Source: Blastocladiella emersonii ATCC 22665 (taxonomy: Eukaryota > Fungi > Blastocladiomycota). From it: a stretch of 64,000 nt of DNA. Location: contig JANHCV010000013.1 of the NCBI GenBank assembly GCA_025594325.1, forward strand, positions 1,054,001 to 1,118,000, given 5' to 3'. A program made the position numbers and the translations under genes. Below, piece after piece: positions 46,229 through 54,786 of the stretch; position 1 is the stretch's first letter, and each line of letters begins with the position of its first letter. The notes beneath the pieces were generated by a model. The model was given only the letters and a program-made list of their open reading frames with translations. It was not told the origin of the DNA and searched no databases.

Positions 46229-46755
46229 TTTCACTTGCGAATGCATGGGAGAGCACGCGAGGGCCACAAATCCGTTCACCTCGCGTGGCTTGTTTCGGCT
46301 CGCGATCGCGTCACATGTTATTCGTCGCGTCTCGCGTCTCCCGTCTCGCGTCCCGCGTCTCACACGGCCACTGCAACGCATTGAGTCGCGTGCACACGAG
46401 AAAATCTCTATCTCACACACTATTGCCCCATGCTCGTTCCGATCTTCTTCACCGTGCCCCGGGATACACGGTGGTGGACGACACAGTGGGGCCATGCTCG
46501 GCGTCAATGCCCGCGGCTGCGTCCATGAACGTGACCTGATCGTCTTGCGACATGACGCGAAGCAAAGCGAGCGTGAAGGGGCTGCCATTTTCTTCGCCGC
46601 AAGCGGGCGAATCAAGCATGGACAAAGCCAGGAACGCCACGTTTCTGGTAAAGCCGCTTGTTGTTGGGTCAAAATCGAACGTGACGAGCCAGCAAAAGCC
46701 ACGGTCAGCTGGGCGCCCTTGGGAACCAAGCCGACAATCTCCTGGATCTGGTCTC

Positions 46756-47237
46756 ATGCAACGATTGCTTTTTGAACTGAATTGGACGATCCTAAAGTGA
46801 GCTGTTCACGTCGATCCGTGCGGCACCAACCCGTGGCCAATCATGTTGGTCGCTCCTGGTCTCACTCGGTTCCGCCGTACCACACGCTGCTTCTAGCTTC
46901 ATGATCGATTCCAGCGAGCTCTTGACGAGAAGGAGTCGTCGCTTTGCAAAGAGCTCATCCAGTATCGCGCTACGTTCCGCTATGCGGCGACGACCAGATC
47001 CATCTTTACCTCTGCTTGCTCTGTGTCGACGGTCGCATCGACCTTATGGAGGAGTGGTTTAACTCGGAGCGCGACTTTCCTCTCTCGCCTGACTACATCG
47101 ATCTTGCATCCGTCGATGCCAGGTGTTACGCTGCCCTGCGTCGCTTTCAACCTCGGGATTCACAACCCGAGCGTGCTTGGTTCGATCGTGCCGCCGCGTG
47201 GCTGAGCAAATCTGGCATTGTACAGAGCCGCGAGTGA
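46756..47237 (+). pseudogene. F-box-like + ankyrin-like family member D, truncated and divergently oriented
   Basis: MQRLLFEL..*, PIMLVAPGLTRFRR..*LHDRFQRALDEKE, LYLCLLCVDGRIDLMEEW..DYIDLAS align to the N-terminal third of member C. Contains stops and frameshifts. Confidence 0.75.
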
Positions 47238-47926
47238 CGGCTTTTGCGTCGGTCCGCCAATTCAAAGTCAACATTAGTGTATTCCGATTGGCGCCGAGAC
47301 CCCACGACGAAAATTCGGAGGGCTGGCCGGCGGTCTGGACGGCGACGGGCTCCTGGCCGGGCGTGAACTCGAGGGTGACGGCGGCGCCCTTCTCGACGGC
47401 GGCCTTGATGGCGGTACCGGCCTCGGCCGAGACGAACCCGACGGGGACGGGGAACACCGAGTCCTCGGCGAACCCGCCGAACCACACGCCGGTCGGCTGG
47501 TTGTTGAAGAAGACGATCGACTTGGCGCCGGCCGCCACGGCGTTCTCGATCTTGACCGTGAACGCGCAGGTGCCGCGGCGCAGCAGCGCCGTCTTGCCCT
47601 CGAACGAGAAGCCCGCGGGGAACGGCGCACACGCGTCGTTGGGGATCGTGGCCGGGTTGGGCGACGGCTTCACGACGTACTTGTCGCCCGTCTTGAACGC
47701 GCCCTTGGGCCGCGCGTCCGTGTTGGCGGGGATCTACGTCAGGCCCGCGACGCCCTCGACCTTGACGGCCTGCTTGAGCGCCTTGGCGTTGTCGAACGAG
47801 CCGACGCCGAAGCCGTTGAGCGCGACACCGGGCGCGGCCGCGTGGAACAGGCCCTGCGCACCGTCGTTGCCGAGCGCCGACATGACGACGAGGCCCTTGT
47901 CGGCGAGGCGCGACGCCGCGATGGCG

Positions 47927-48181
47927 TGCTATTCTACTCAGGCACGGGGGAAGCGGGATACACGCGACGTACAGTGACAGGATGGTATTGCAGGGGAAAT
48001 CAACCAGTGTATCAAACAGGAACAGCTTCATTCATCCTCGAACAGGAACCGAGCGCGAGAGTGCGCCGCGCGTTGGGCCGCGGCGGAGGCGTGGGAGGCG
48101 GCGTCGGTGGGTGGCGTGATCCACACCTGACCTCAACGCGTGCGTGTCTCGCATGTCTCGCACGCACGCCCCACTACAGCA
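47927..48181 (-). repeat. Copia 3' LTR
   Basis: 248/255 identical to 53914-54168. Confidence 0.97.
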
Positions 48182-48207
48182 CTCCCGCATGGATCTCGGC
48201 ACCCGGA

Positions 48208-51200
48208 CTACTTGGTCTTGACCGGGACGACGTCCTCGAGCTTGACCATGCCCATGGCCTTGAGCGTCTCGATGAACTGGTCGCGCGGCACGACCTTGGT
48301 GAGGTAGTCGGCGAGGTTCTTCTTGGACGGCACGTACTTGAGCTCGACGACCTTCTCCTTGACCTGCTCGCGCAGGAAGAACACGCGCACCGAGACGTGC
48401 TTGACGGACCGGCGCATGTCGCTCGTGGTGGCAAGGATGCACGCCGCGTCGTTGTCGATGAACGTCGGCACCATGTCGATCTTCTTGTTGAGCAGGTCGG
48501 ACGTGAGCGTGTTGAGCCAGGCCACGTCGCGGATCGCCTCAGTGGCGGCGTTGAGCTCGGCCTCGGTCGTTGAGAGCGCTACCCACGACTGGCGGCGCGA
48601 GCACCAGGTCGTCGCGCTGCCGTTGATCAGCGTGACGAACCCCGTGGTCGATCTGCGCGTCGCCTCGTCGCCAGCGAAATCGGCGTCCACGTACGCGGAC
48701 AGATCGACCGACCCATCGGCGGACCGGTGGTACATGATGCCGAGCGAGACGGTGCCCTTGAGGTACTCGACGATCGCAATGAGCGCGTCCATGTCCATGG
48801 TCGTCGGGTTGGCCGCGTTCCGCGACACGACGCTGGTCGCGTACGCAATGTTGACGCGCGACACGGTCGCGAGGTGCATCAGCCCGCCAAGCAGCGACAG
48901 GAACCGCTTGCGCTCGCCCGGGTTGAGCGGCACCGCCTCCTTGGCCAAGCTGGTGGCGACCATGGGCGTGCTGCGCGTTCTGGGCGAGTCGCCGCCAAAC
49001 TCCTTGATCAGGTCGCGCGTGTACTGCGGCTGGCCGATCCAGATCCCGTCCTTGGTCTGGATCACCTGCATGTTGAGGTATTTCGAGGCCAGGCCCAGGT
49101 CCTTGATCTTGAGCTCTCGCGCGAGCGCGGCCTTGACAGCGGCGACCTCCTTCTCGTCGGTGCCCGCGATCAGGATGTCGTCGACGTAGGCGATCAGGTA
49201 CGTGACGGACGTGCGCGTACGCCGAATGTACATGCAGCAGTCGGCGGCGCTGGCAATGAACCCGTTCTTGATGAGGATGGCGGCGAGGTGGTTCGACCAC
49301 TCGTGGCCAGCCTGGCGCAGACCGTACAGCGACTTCTTGAGCTTCAGGACGTGGCCGTCCTTGATGTCCATGCCCTCGGGCGCGCGCATGTACACCGTCT
49401 CCTTCAACGACGCGTGGACGTACGCGCTCGTCACGTCCATCGAATGGACGGGCAGGCCCTGCGCGGCGGCGATGGCGAACAGCGTGCGCGCCGATCCGTG
49501 GGCGACGGCGGGCGCAAACGTCGCGTTGAAGTCGCGGCCCTCGATCTGCTGGTTTCCGTGCGCAACGAGACGCGCCTTGAAGCGGGTCACCTCGCCCTTG
49601 TTGTTGCGCTTGAGCGCGAACACGAACATGGACGTGATGACGTGGGCCATGCGGCCGTCGCCGCGCACTGGCCACTTGACAAACTCGAACGTGTCGTTGT
49701 CGATGAGGGACTGGAGCTCCTCCTTGATGGCCTGGACCCACTCGGCCCACTGCGCGCTGGACATGGCCTCCTTATACGTCCGAGGCGTCAGGATGTCGAC
49801 GAACTCGCCGAGGAACGCGGCGGCCTTGTCGTCCAGCAGCGCCGCGATGAACCCGTAGTCGAGCGTGTACTCGTCACGCGCGCTGCTGTTTCGCGCAGCG
49901 TCGTCCGTCGGATCAATGGTGGTGTCCGAGTCCTTGAACTTGGCCGGCAGCTGGCCGCGGTTTGAGCGGGCCGGGTTGGTGCGCTTCGGCTCGCGCTCCA
50001 GATCAGGCGCGGGAGATGCAGCACGTTTCCGAGCCGCGACGCCGTGATCACCGATGGGCACCAGGTCCGTAGCGCCGTAATCGCGATCGGGACCGGCGAC
50101 ATCGCAATGCGGTGCTGAGGCGGCTTCGCCGCCCGCACCCTCCCGCCGCACAGCGGTGGACACGGCAGCTGGAGCTCCCGCCGACTGCGGCGCAGCAGCT
50201 TCCGCCGGCTGCGGCGCAATGGCTCCCGCCGACCTGGGCGCGGCAGCTCCCGCCGACTCGGGCTTGGCAGCTCCCGCCGACTTGGGCGCGGCAGCCCCCG
50301 CCGACTCGGGCTCGGCAGCTCCTGCCGACTCAGGCGCGGCAGCCCCCGCCAACCGCCGGCGGAACGACCGCTCCATGACGCGGGTCTCGTCGAACACGGC
50401 CCAGCTGGTGGTGTGGATCTCCTGGGTCTTGAGGTCAACAACAATGTACGCGGCACCGCCGTTGGTGTAGCAGAGCAGGCGCATCGAGGAACCACGCGGG
50501 CGGATCTTGCTGATGTTGTCGCGCGGGGAACGGACAACCACGTCCGCCGACCACGCGCGGAAGATGCCAAGATCCGGCGCCTCACCCGACCACGCCTCGT
50601 GCGGCAAGATGTGGTAGCGGCCCTCGGGCTGCTCAAGCGCGGTGCTCGGGAGGCAGTTGCGGACGAAACACGCGGCCGTGAACGCGTACGGCCAGTACGT
50701 CTCAGGCAGGTCAACGGCGGCAGCGATCGACGCGTGGGCCTTGACAGTCACGTCCTGCACCAGCCGCTCGATGCGCCCGTTGGCGTGGTGGTTACCCGGC
50801 GACAAGAAATGCCACTCGATGCCCTTGGCGGCGGCCCACTCGGTGAGCGTCTTGTTCTTGAACTCGCCGCCGTTGTCCGAGCGGAACCACTTGACAGTGG
50901 TGTCGGTCTCGTTCTCGAGGCGGTTGACGAGCTTCATGATGAACTCGGGCGCGTTGGACTTGGCCTCAAGGGCAAACGCCCAGGCCTTGCGCGTGTAGTC
51001 ATCGAGCACGAGCAGGATGCACGTCTTGTCCTTGACGGCGGCCTTGTTGACAATGGCGAGGTCGAAGCGCAGGCACTCGAGGCGCGCCTTGGTCTTCTCG
51101 CCTGTGGGGCCCGCCAACGGGCCGCGCTGGATATTGGCCGTGACGCACGACACGCAGATGCCGCCCACATCCTCGTCGCCGTGGTTCCCAGTGCATTGAC

Positions 51201-53547
51201 GGGCAAGGTTGACCAGCTTGTACGCCGGGTCCGCGAGGACCGCCTTGATGACGTGGGCGCCTGGGTGACCGAGCCGCATGTGCGCGACGTGCTGCGGCGA
51301 GTAGTTGAGCGTCGCGTCGGCAAACGTGTGGAACGCGGCGTCGCACGCGCCGGCCTTGGGGACAGTCGCGCACGCCACCAGCGCCGTGTGCTGCGCGTTG
51401 GTCTCCTTGCCAATCATGTCGGCGAACGACTGCTTGTTGATCTTGGTCATGACCTCGACGGCCACGGCGCGCTCCTCGTTGACGGCCTTCTTCATGTCCT
51501 CATCCAATGGGCACGCCCAGAAACGGACGTCGGGGTGCGGCCCCGCGTACGTGCCAAGATCGGCGACCATCATGGCCAACTCCTCCGTTGGGCGGTGGAA
51601 GTGGGCCTTCTCGGCCTTGGGCACCCGCGCCTGCGCTCGAGCGGGCAGCGCGCCGACAAGCGTCAGGAGGCGCCCATGGATCGCGCCCTTGATCTTGCGG
51701 CCGCAGGCCAGCTCCAGCGTGAAGGTGGTCTTGTTGGCGGGGAACGTTGATGTCACGCCATCACGCTGCAGCTGCGTTGTGCTGATCAAGCGACGCGCCA
51801 GGTCGGGCGCGTACAGGACGTCACGTAGGATGATCTGGGTGGGCCGACCCTCAGCATCAAGGGGCTGGATCTCGACCTTGCCGATGTGGGTCCCGTACAC
51901 CGCCGTCTGCGACTTGCCCACGGCAATGCGACGAGGGGTGTCAAGCTCGGTGAGCGAGGTGAAGTTGTCCTTGTAGGGCGAGAGGTGCGTGCTGGCGCCC
52001 AAGTCGAGGAGCCAGGTCGACTGCTTGGACCCGTCGCCGTGCATCCTGGTGAGCAGGGCGTGCTCCGTGATCTCGTTCTCGTTGAGGTCGACCATGCACA
52101 CGTAGGCCGCGTCCTTTTGCGAGCCACCCGCGCGGCGCTTCTCCTTGTGCGCCCGCGCAATGTCCTCCTTGATCTGGAAGCCTGCCGGCGTCAGGAACTT
52201 GGCCATGTCGCGGTCGCGGTTGTGCCAGCACCCGTCAATTACGTGAGGCTGGCCGCAAAGGCACATCACCTTGCGGCGCCTGTTGTGGCTGCGGCTACGG
52301 CTGCGGTACCGCAAGCGCCGGTCGGGGGTGCAGCTACAACCGCAGTAGCTGCCCCAGTGGCTACCATCACGGCTGCGGCTGCGACTGCGACTGCGACTGC
52401 AACTACAGCTGCGGCCGCGACCCTTGCCGCCCCTGCGCCTGCGGTTGCGCCCGCCCTTGTCGCCGCCGTTACCCGTATGGCGATCGTCGGCGAGGAACGC
52501 CTGCTGCACCGACACGTCGGCGCGCTTGGCCGAGATGGTGGCGTTGGCTGCGTGGGTGATTGCTGGGCGATGGCGTGCAAAGTACTCGATGACGACCTTG
52601 TGGATGTCCGACATGGTCTTGGCCTTCTGGAGCTCCTCGTTGAGCGAGATGAACGGCGACAGACCGGTGATCGTCGGGTTGAAAGCGGCCGGGATCTTGA
52701 TGCCCACCTTGGTGCAGAACATGATGAAGGCGGCCTTGCTGCCCATGTTGTGGGTACCCTCGGCGGACCCCATGGCGGTGGTGTAGCGCATGATCTTGTT
52801 CTGCAGGTCCACGAGGAACGCGGGCAGGTTGTCAAGGTTGGTCAAGTCAAACTGGGTGGCATCGAGCTGGCGCTTGAGCTTGGGCATCTGGGCCGAGTGG
52901 GTACGCTGCATGTAGCGGTACATCTGGAGCATGATCTCGATCGGCTGGTCGTTGTGGTTGACAGCGGCCTTGAGCCTGACGGGGAGCGAGTCACGGATGG
53001 CGAGGTTCAGCTGCGTCGCGTGCGACGCAAACATGTTCTTGGTCCCCTCGGTCTTGGCGATCCACTCAGTCTCCGTGAAGAAGAGCGCCAACGCGATGCC
53101 GGCGCTGCGGGCCGCCATTACGACGTCAATGACCCATGGGTCAAAGTTGATGCCCTCAATCGACTTGTGCTTGGCAATCTCGAGCTTGAAGGGCGGGATG
53201 CACTCGATCTTGAGGTTGGGGACTGGGATTGGCATGTACGCTGCGAAGAGCGACTCGCGCGTCTTCTTGAACTCGTCAACCAACATGCTGAGCTTGGCCG
53301 CCAGCTGCGGGTCAATGGTCGCCACAATTGGGCCGCTGCCGCTGCCGCTGCCGGTGGGCGTCTCGGGCGGTGGGCGCAGCCGGATCTCGGGCGCCGCGTT
53401 GATCGTGTTGAAGTACTGGAACATGGCGTCACCGATCTGCAGGTTGACAATCTGCAGGCAGGCGGTCGGCTTGTCAATCTTGCCCTTGAGGAGGTCAGCA
53501 ATGACCGCGTCGGCCTTGTTCTGCTTGTCCGTGTCGACGTCGGTCAT
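48208..53547 (-). CDS. Copia gag-pol polyprotein, ~1779 aa, uninterrupted
   Basis: Zn-knuckle variant CLCGQPHVIDGC. PR WLLDLGAS. HHCC HMRLGH..CVSC. IN RFD..DDYTR..RSDNGGEF..GRIER. RT YVDDIL. RNase H YVDADFA..EAE..IDN..LADYLTK. Domain order PR-IN-RT-RH. Confidence 0.97.
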   Translation of the reverse strand: MTDVDTDKQNKADAVIADLLKGKIDKPTACLQIVNLQIGDAMFQYFNTINAAPEIRLRPPPETPTGSGSGSGPIVATIDPQLAAKLSMLVDEFKKTRESLFAAYMPIPVPNLKIECIPPFKLEIAKHKSIEGINFDPWVIDVVMAARSAGIALALFFTETEWIAKTEGTKNMFASHATQLNLAIRDSLPVRLKAAVNHNDQPIEIMLQMYRYMQRTHSAQMPKLKRQLDATQFDLTNLDNLPAFLVDLQNKIMRYTTAMGSAEGTHNMGSKAAFIMFCTKVGIKIPAAFNPTITGLSPFISLNEELQKAKTMSDIHKVVIEYFARHRPAITHAANATISAKRADVSVQQAFLADDRHTGNGGDKGGRNRRRRGGKGRGRSCSCSRSRSRSRSRDGSHWGSYCGCSCTPDRRLRYRSRSRSHNRRRKVMCLCGQPHVIDGCWHNRDRDMAKFLTPAGFQIKEDIARAHKEKRRAGGSQKDAAYVCMVDLNENEITEHALLTRMHGDGSKQSTWLLDLGASTHLSPYKDNFTSLTELDTPRRIAVGKSQTAVYGTHIGKVEIQPLDAEGRPTQIILRDVLYAPDLARRLISTTQLQRDGVTSTFPANKTTFTLELACGRKIKGAIHGRLLTLVGALPARAQARVPKAEKAHFHRPTEELAMMVADLGTYAGPHPDVRFWACPLDEDMKKAVNEERAVAVEVMTKINKQSFADMIGKETNAQHTALVACATVPKAGACDAAFHTFADATLNYSPQHVAHMRLGHPGAHVIKAVLADPAYKLVNLARQCTGNHGDEDVGGICVSCVTANIQRGPLAGPTGEKTKARLECLRFDLAIVNKAAVKDKTCILLVLDDYTRKAWAFALEAKSNAPEFIMKLVNRLENETDTTVKWFRSDNGGEFKNKTLTEWAAAKGIEWHFLSPGNHHANGRIERLVQDVTVKAHASIAAAVDLPETYWPYAFTAACFVRNCLPSTALEQPEGRYHILPHEAWSGEAPDLGIFRAWSADVVVRSPRDNISKIRPRGSSMRLLCYTNGGAAYIVVDLKTQEIHTTSWAVFDETRVMERSFRRRLAGAAAPESAGAAEPESAGAAAPKSAGAAKPESAGAAAPRSAGAIAPQPAEAAAPQSAGAPAAVSTAVRREGAGGEAASAPHCDVAGPDRDYGATDLVPIGDHGVAARKRAASPAPDLEREPKRTNPARSNRGQLPAKFKDSDTTIDPTDDAARNSSARDEYTLDYGFIAALLDDKAAAFLGEFVDILTPRTYKEAMSSAQWAEWVQAIKEELQSLIDNDTFEFVKWPVRGDGRMAHVITSMFVFALKRNNKGEVTRFKARLVAHGNQQIEGRDFNATFAPAVAHGSARTLFAIAAAQGLPVHSMDVTSAYVHASLKETVYMRAPEGMDIKDGHVLKLKKSLYGLRQAGHEWSNHLAAILIKNGFIASAADCCMYIRRTRTSVTYLIAYVDDILIAGTDEKEVAAVKAALARELKIKDLGLASKYLNMQVIQTKDGIWIGQPQYTRDLIKEFGGDSPRTRSTPMVATSLAKEAVPLNPGERKRFLSLLGGLMHLATVSRVNIAYATSVVSRNAANPTTMDMDALIAIVEYLKGTVSLGIMYHRSADGSVDLSAYVDADFAGDEATRRSTTGFVTLINGSATTWCSRRQSWVALSTTEAELNAATEAIRDVAWLNTLTSDLLNKKIDMVPTFIDNDAACILATTSDMRRSVKHVSVRVFFLREQVKEKVVELKYVPSKKNLADYLTKVVPRDQFIETLKAMGMVKLEDVVPVKTK
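50172..50350 (-). repeat. 24-bp in-frame repeats (PESAGAAA-like) in the IN-RT linker
   Basis: About 7 copies, visible in both DNA and translation. Confidence 0.9.
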
Positions 53548-53597
53548 CTGGTAGCGCGCGCGACGCCATGTCAGGTCAGCTTCTTGTCCATGGTCAT

Positions 53598-53776
53598 CTC
53601 CTTGGTGCTCCAGCTCCCTCGAGGGGCGAGCAAATCTCCTTGGTGCTCCAGCCCCCTCGTGGGGCGAGCAAAGCTCCTTGGTGCTCCAGCCCCCTCGTGG
53701 GGCGAGCAAAGCTCCTTGGTGCTCCAGCCCCCTCGAAGGGCGAGCTTTGGTGCTCAAGCCCCCTCGTGGGGCGAGC
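53598..53776 (-). repeat. ~38-bp tandem repeats, about 5 copies, in the copia 5' leader
   Basis: CCTTGGTGCTCCAGCCCCCTCGTGGGGCGAGCAAAGCT units between PBS and gag start. Confidence 0.92.
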
Positions 53777-53899
53777 GACCATCATGCTCTACGCCTTCCA
53801 GCGGAGCCTTCTACCCCTGCTGTCCTCATGACAGCTCGAGGTTGCTTGTTACGTCGAAGACATCTCCTGCGTCTTCTTGAGCTGCGCGAGAGGCTGCAC

Positions 53900-53913
53900 C
53901 AGGGCTCATAACC
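53900..53913 (-). promoter_or_regulatory. Primer-binding site complementary to the anticodon stem-loop of initiator tRNA-Met (half-tRNA priming)
   Basis: GGTTATGAGCCCTG abuts the 5' LTR and is complementary to CAGGGCUCAUAACC of fungal tRNAi-Met, as in yeast Ty5 and similar to Drosophila copia. Confidence 0.9.
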
Positions 53914-54168
53914 TGCTATTCTACTCAGGCACGGGGGAAGAAGGATACACGCGACGTACTGCAACAGTATGGTATTGCAGGGGAAATCAACCAGTGTATC
54001 AAACAGGAACAGCTTCATTCATCCTCGAACAGGAACCAAGCGCGAGAGTGCGCCGCGCGTTGGGCCGCGGCGGAGGCGTGGGAGGCGGCGTCGGTGGGTG
54101 GCGTGATCCACACCTGACCTCAACGCGTGCGTGTCTCGCATGTCTCGCACGCACGCCCCACTACAGCA
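53914..54168 (-). repeat. Copia 5' LTR
   Basis: 248/255 identical to 47927-48181. Confidence 0.97.
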
Positions 54169-54786
54169 GGCGGTTGAGTAATCAAAAAAGCTACTTCCAC
54201 CGCCGATCGACATGTTGATGATGTCCATGCCGTCCTTGAAGGCGGCGGTCATGCCCTGTAGGATGAGCTCGGTCGAGGTGCCGCCCTTGCACCCGAAGAT
54301 GCGGTACGCGCCGAGCGTCACCTCGGGCGCCGACCCGTGATCTGGTTGTCGTTGCCGCCGATGATGCCGGTGACGTGCGTGCCGTGGCCGGCGAGCGCGC
54401 AGTCCATGGGGTCGTTGTCGGGCTTGGGCAATGACGCGGTTTGCCCTCTCTCAGATGTTCACGAACGATAGACTTTATAACCGTTGCATGTTGTTCCAGT
54501 CGGGTTCATGGGCGTTACATGGCAGTGCAAGCTTGTTGCGGAGAGGGAGACGTGTTGACAGAGGTGACAGCAGATCATGTCGAGCGAGGCGCCGCGGCAC
54601 AAAGCGTGGGCGGCGAACGACGCAGGGGGGCGACAACGGCCATCCGCGTGCCATAAAGTCGAGTGGCTGCCACTCCTTTCAACCCGTCCCCCACGCGTCT
54701 CGCTCGCGCGCGGCGGTCAGCTTACCCTCCCGTCGACAGCTCCTTCCGCTTCGCTCATCGTGCATGAACGATTCCCACTCTATGCA

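Larger units (their letters stand above)
47927..54168 (-). mobile_element. Ty1/copia LTR retrotransposon, full length
   Basis: 255-bp LTRs with TG..CA ends (47927-48181, 53914-54168; 7 mismatches). 4-bp TSD GGCG (47923-47926, 54169-54172). PBS 53900-53913. PPT GCGGGAG. Single gag-pol ORF. Confidence 0.98.
47290..54430 (-). pseudogene. Internal fragment of an S8 subtilisin-like protease with PA domain, split by the copia insertion
   Basis: 54169-54430: [17 protein letters not shown] (catalytic His), frameshift, then [22 protein letters not shown]. 47290-47926: VVMSALGNDG (oxyanion Asn), TAG at 47734-47736, PA domain ALLRRGTCAFTVKIENAVAAGAK, then FSSWG. Catalytic Asp and Ser regions are absent. 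Confidence 0.92.

Noticed and set aside
46229-46729. N-terminal 167 aa of ORF 44960-46729
   Set aside because: Paralogs start at the MQR(I/L)P region. The extension is low-complexity promoter sequence between divergent genes.
35559-47736. Stop-codon reassignment: TAA/TAG sits at Tyr-equivalent positions at 35559, 44245 and 47734
   Set aside because: Long intact genes here (copia pol, P-like transposase, LRR gene) have no internal TAA/TAG and end on TAG at sensible positions. TAC to stop is a one-step mutation, and two of the three affected genes have other lesions.
48323-53880. Long plus-strand and alternative-frame ORFs over the copia (e.g. 51886-53880), and similar ones at 12091-13035, 29633-31087, 33044-33625 and 57797-58468
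   Set aside because: These are shadow ORFs caused by strong C/G third-position bias of the real gene on the other strand or frame. They carry no recognisable motifs.
53895-53915. tRNA gene
   Set aside because: Only a 14-nt match to the tRNAi-Met anticodon arm with no cloverleaf. It is the retrotransposon PBS.
54577-54786. 5' extension of ORF 54577-55566 as real coding sequence
   Set aside because: It runs across the TSD and TIR, so it is a chance open frame. The first ATG inside the element is 54787.
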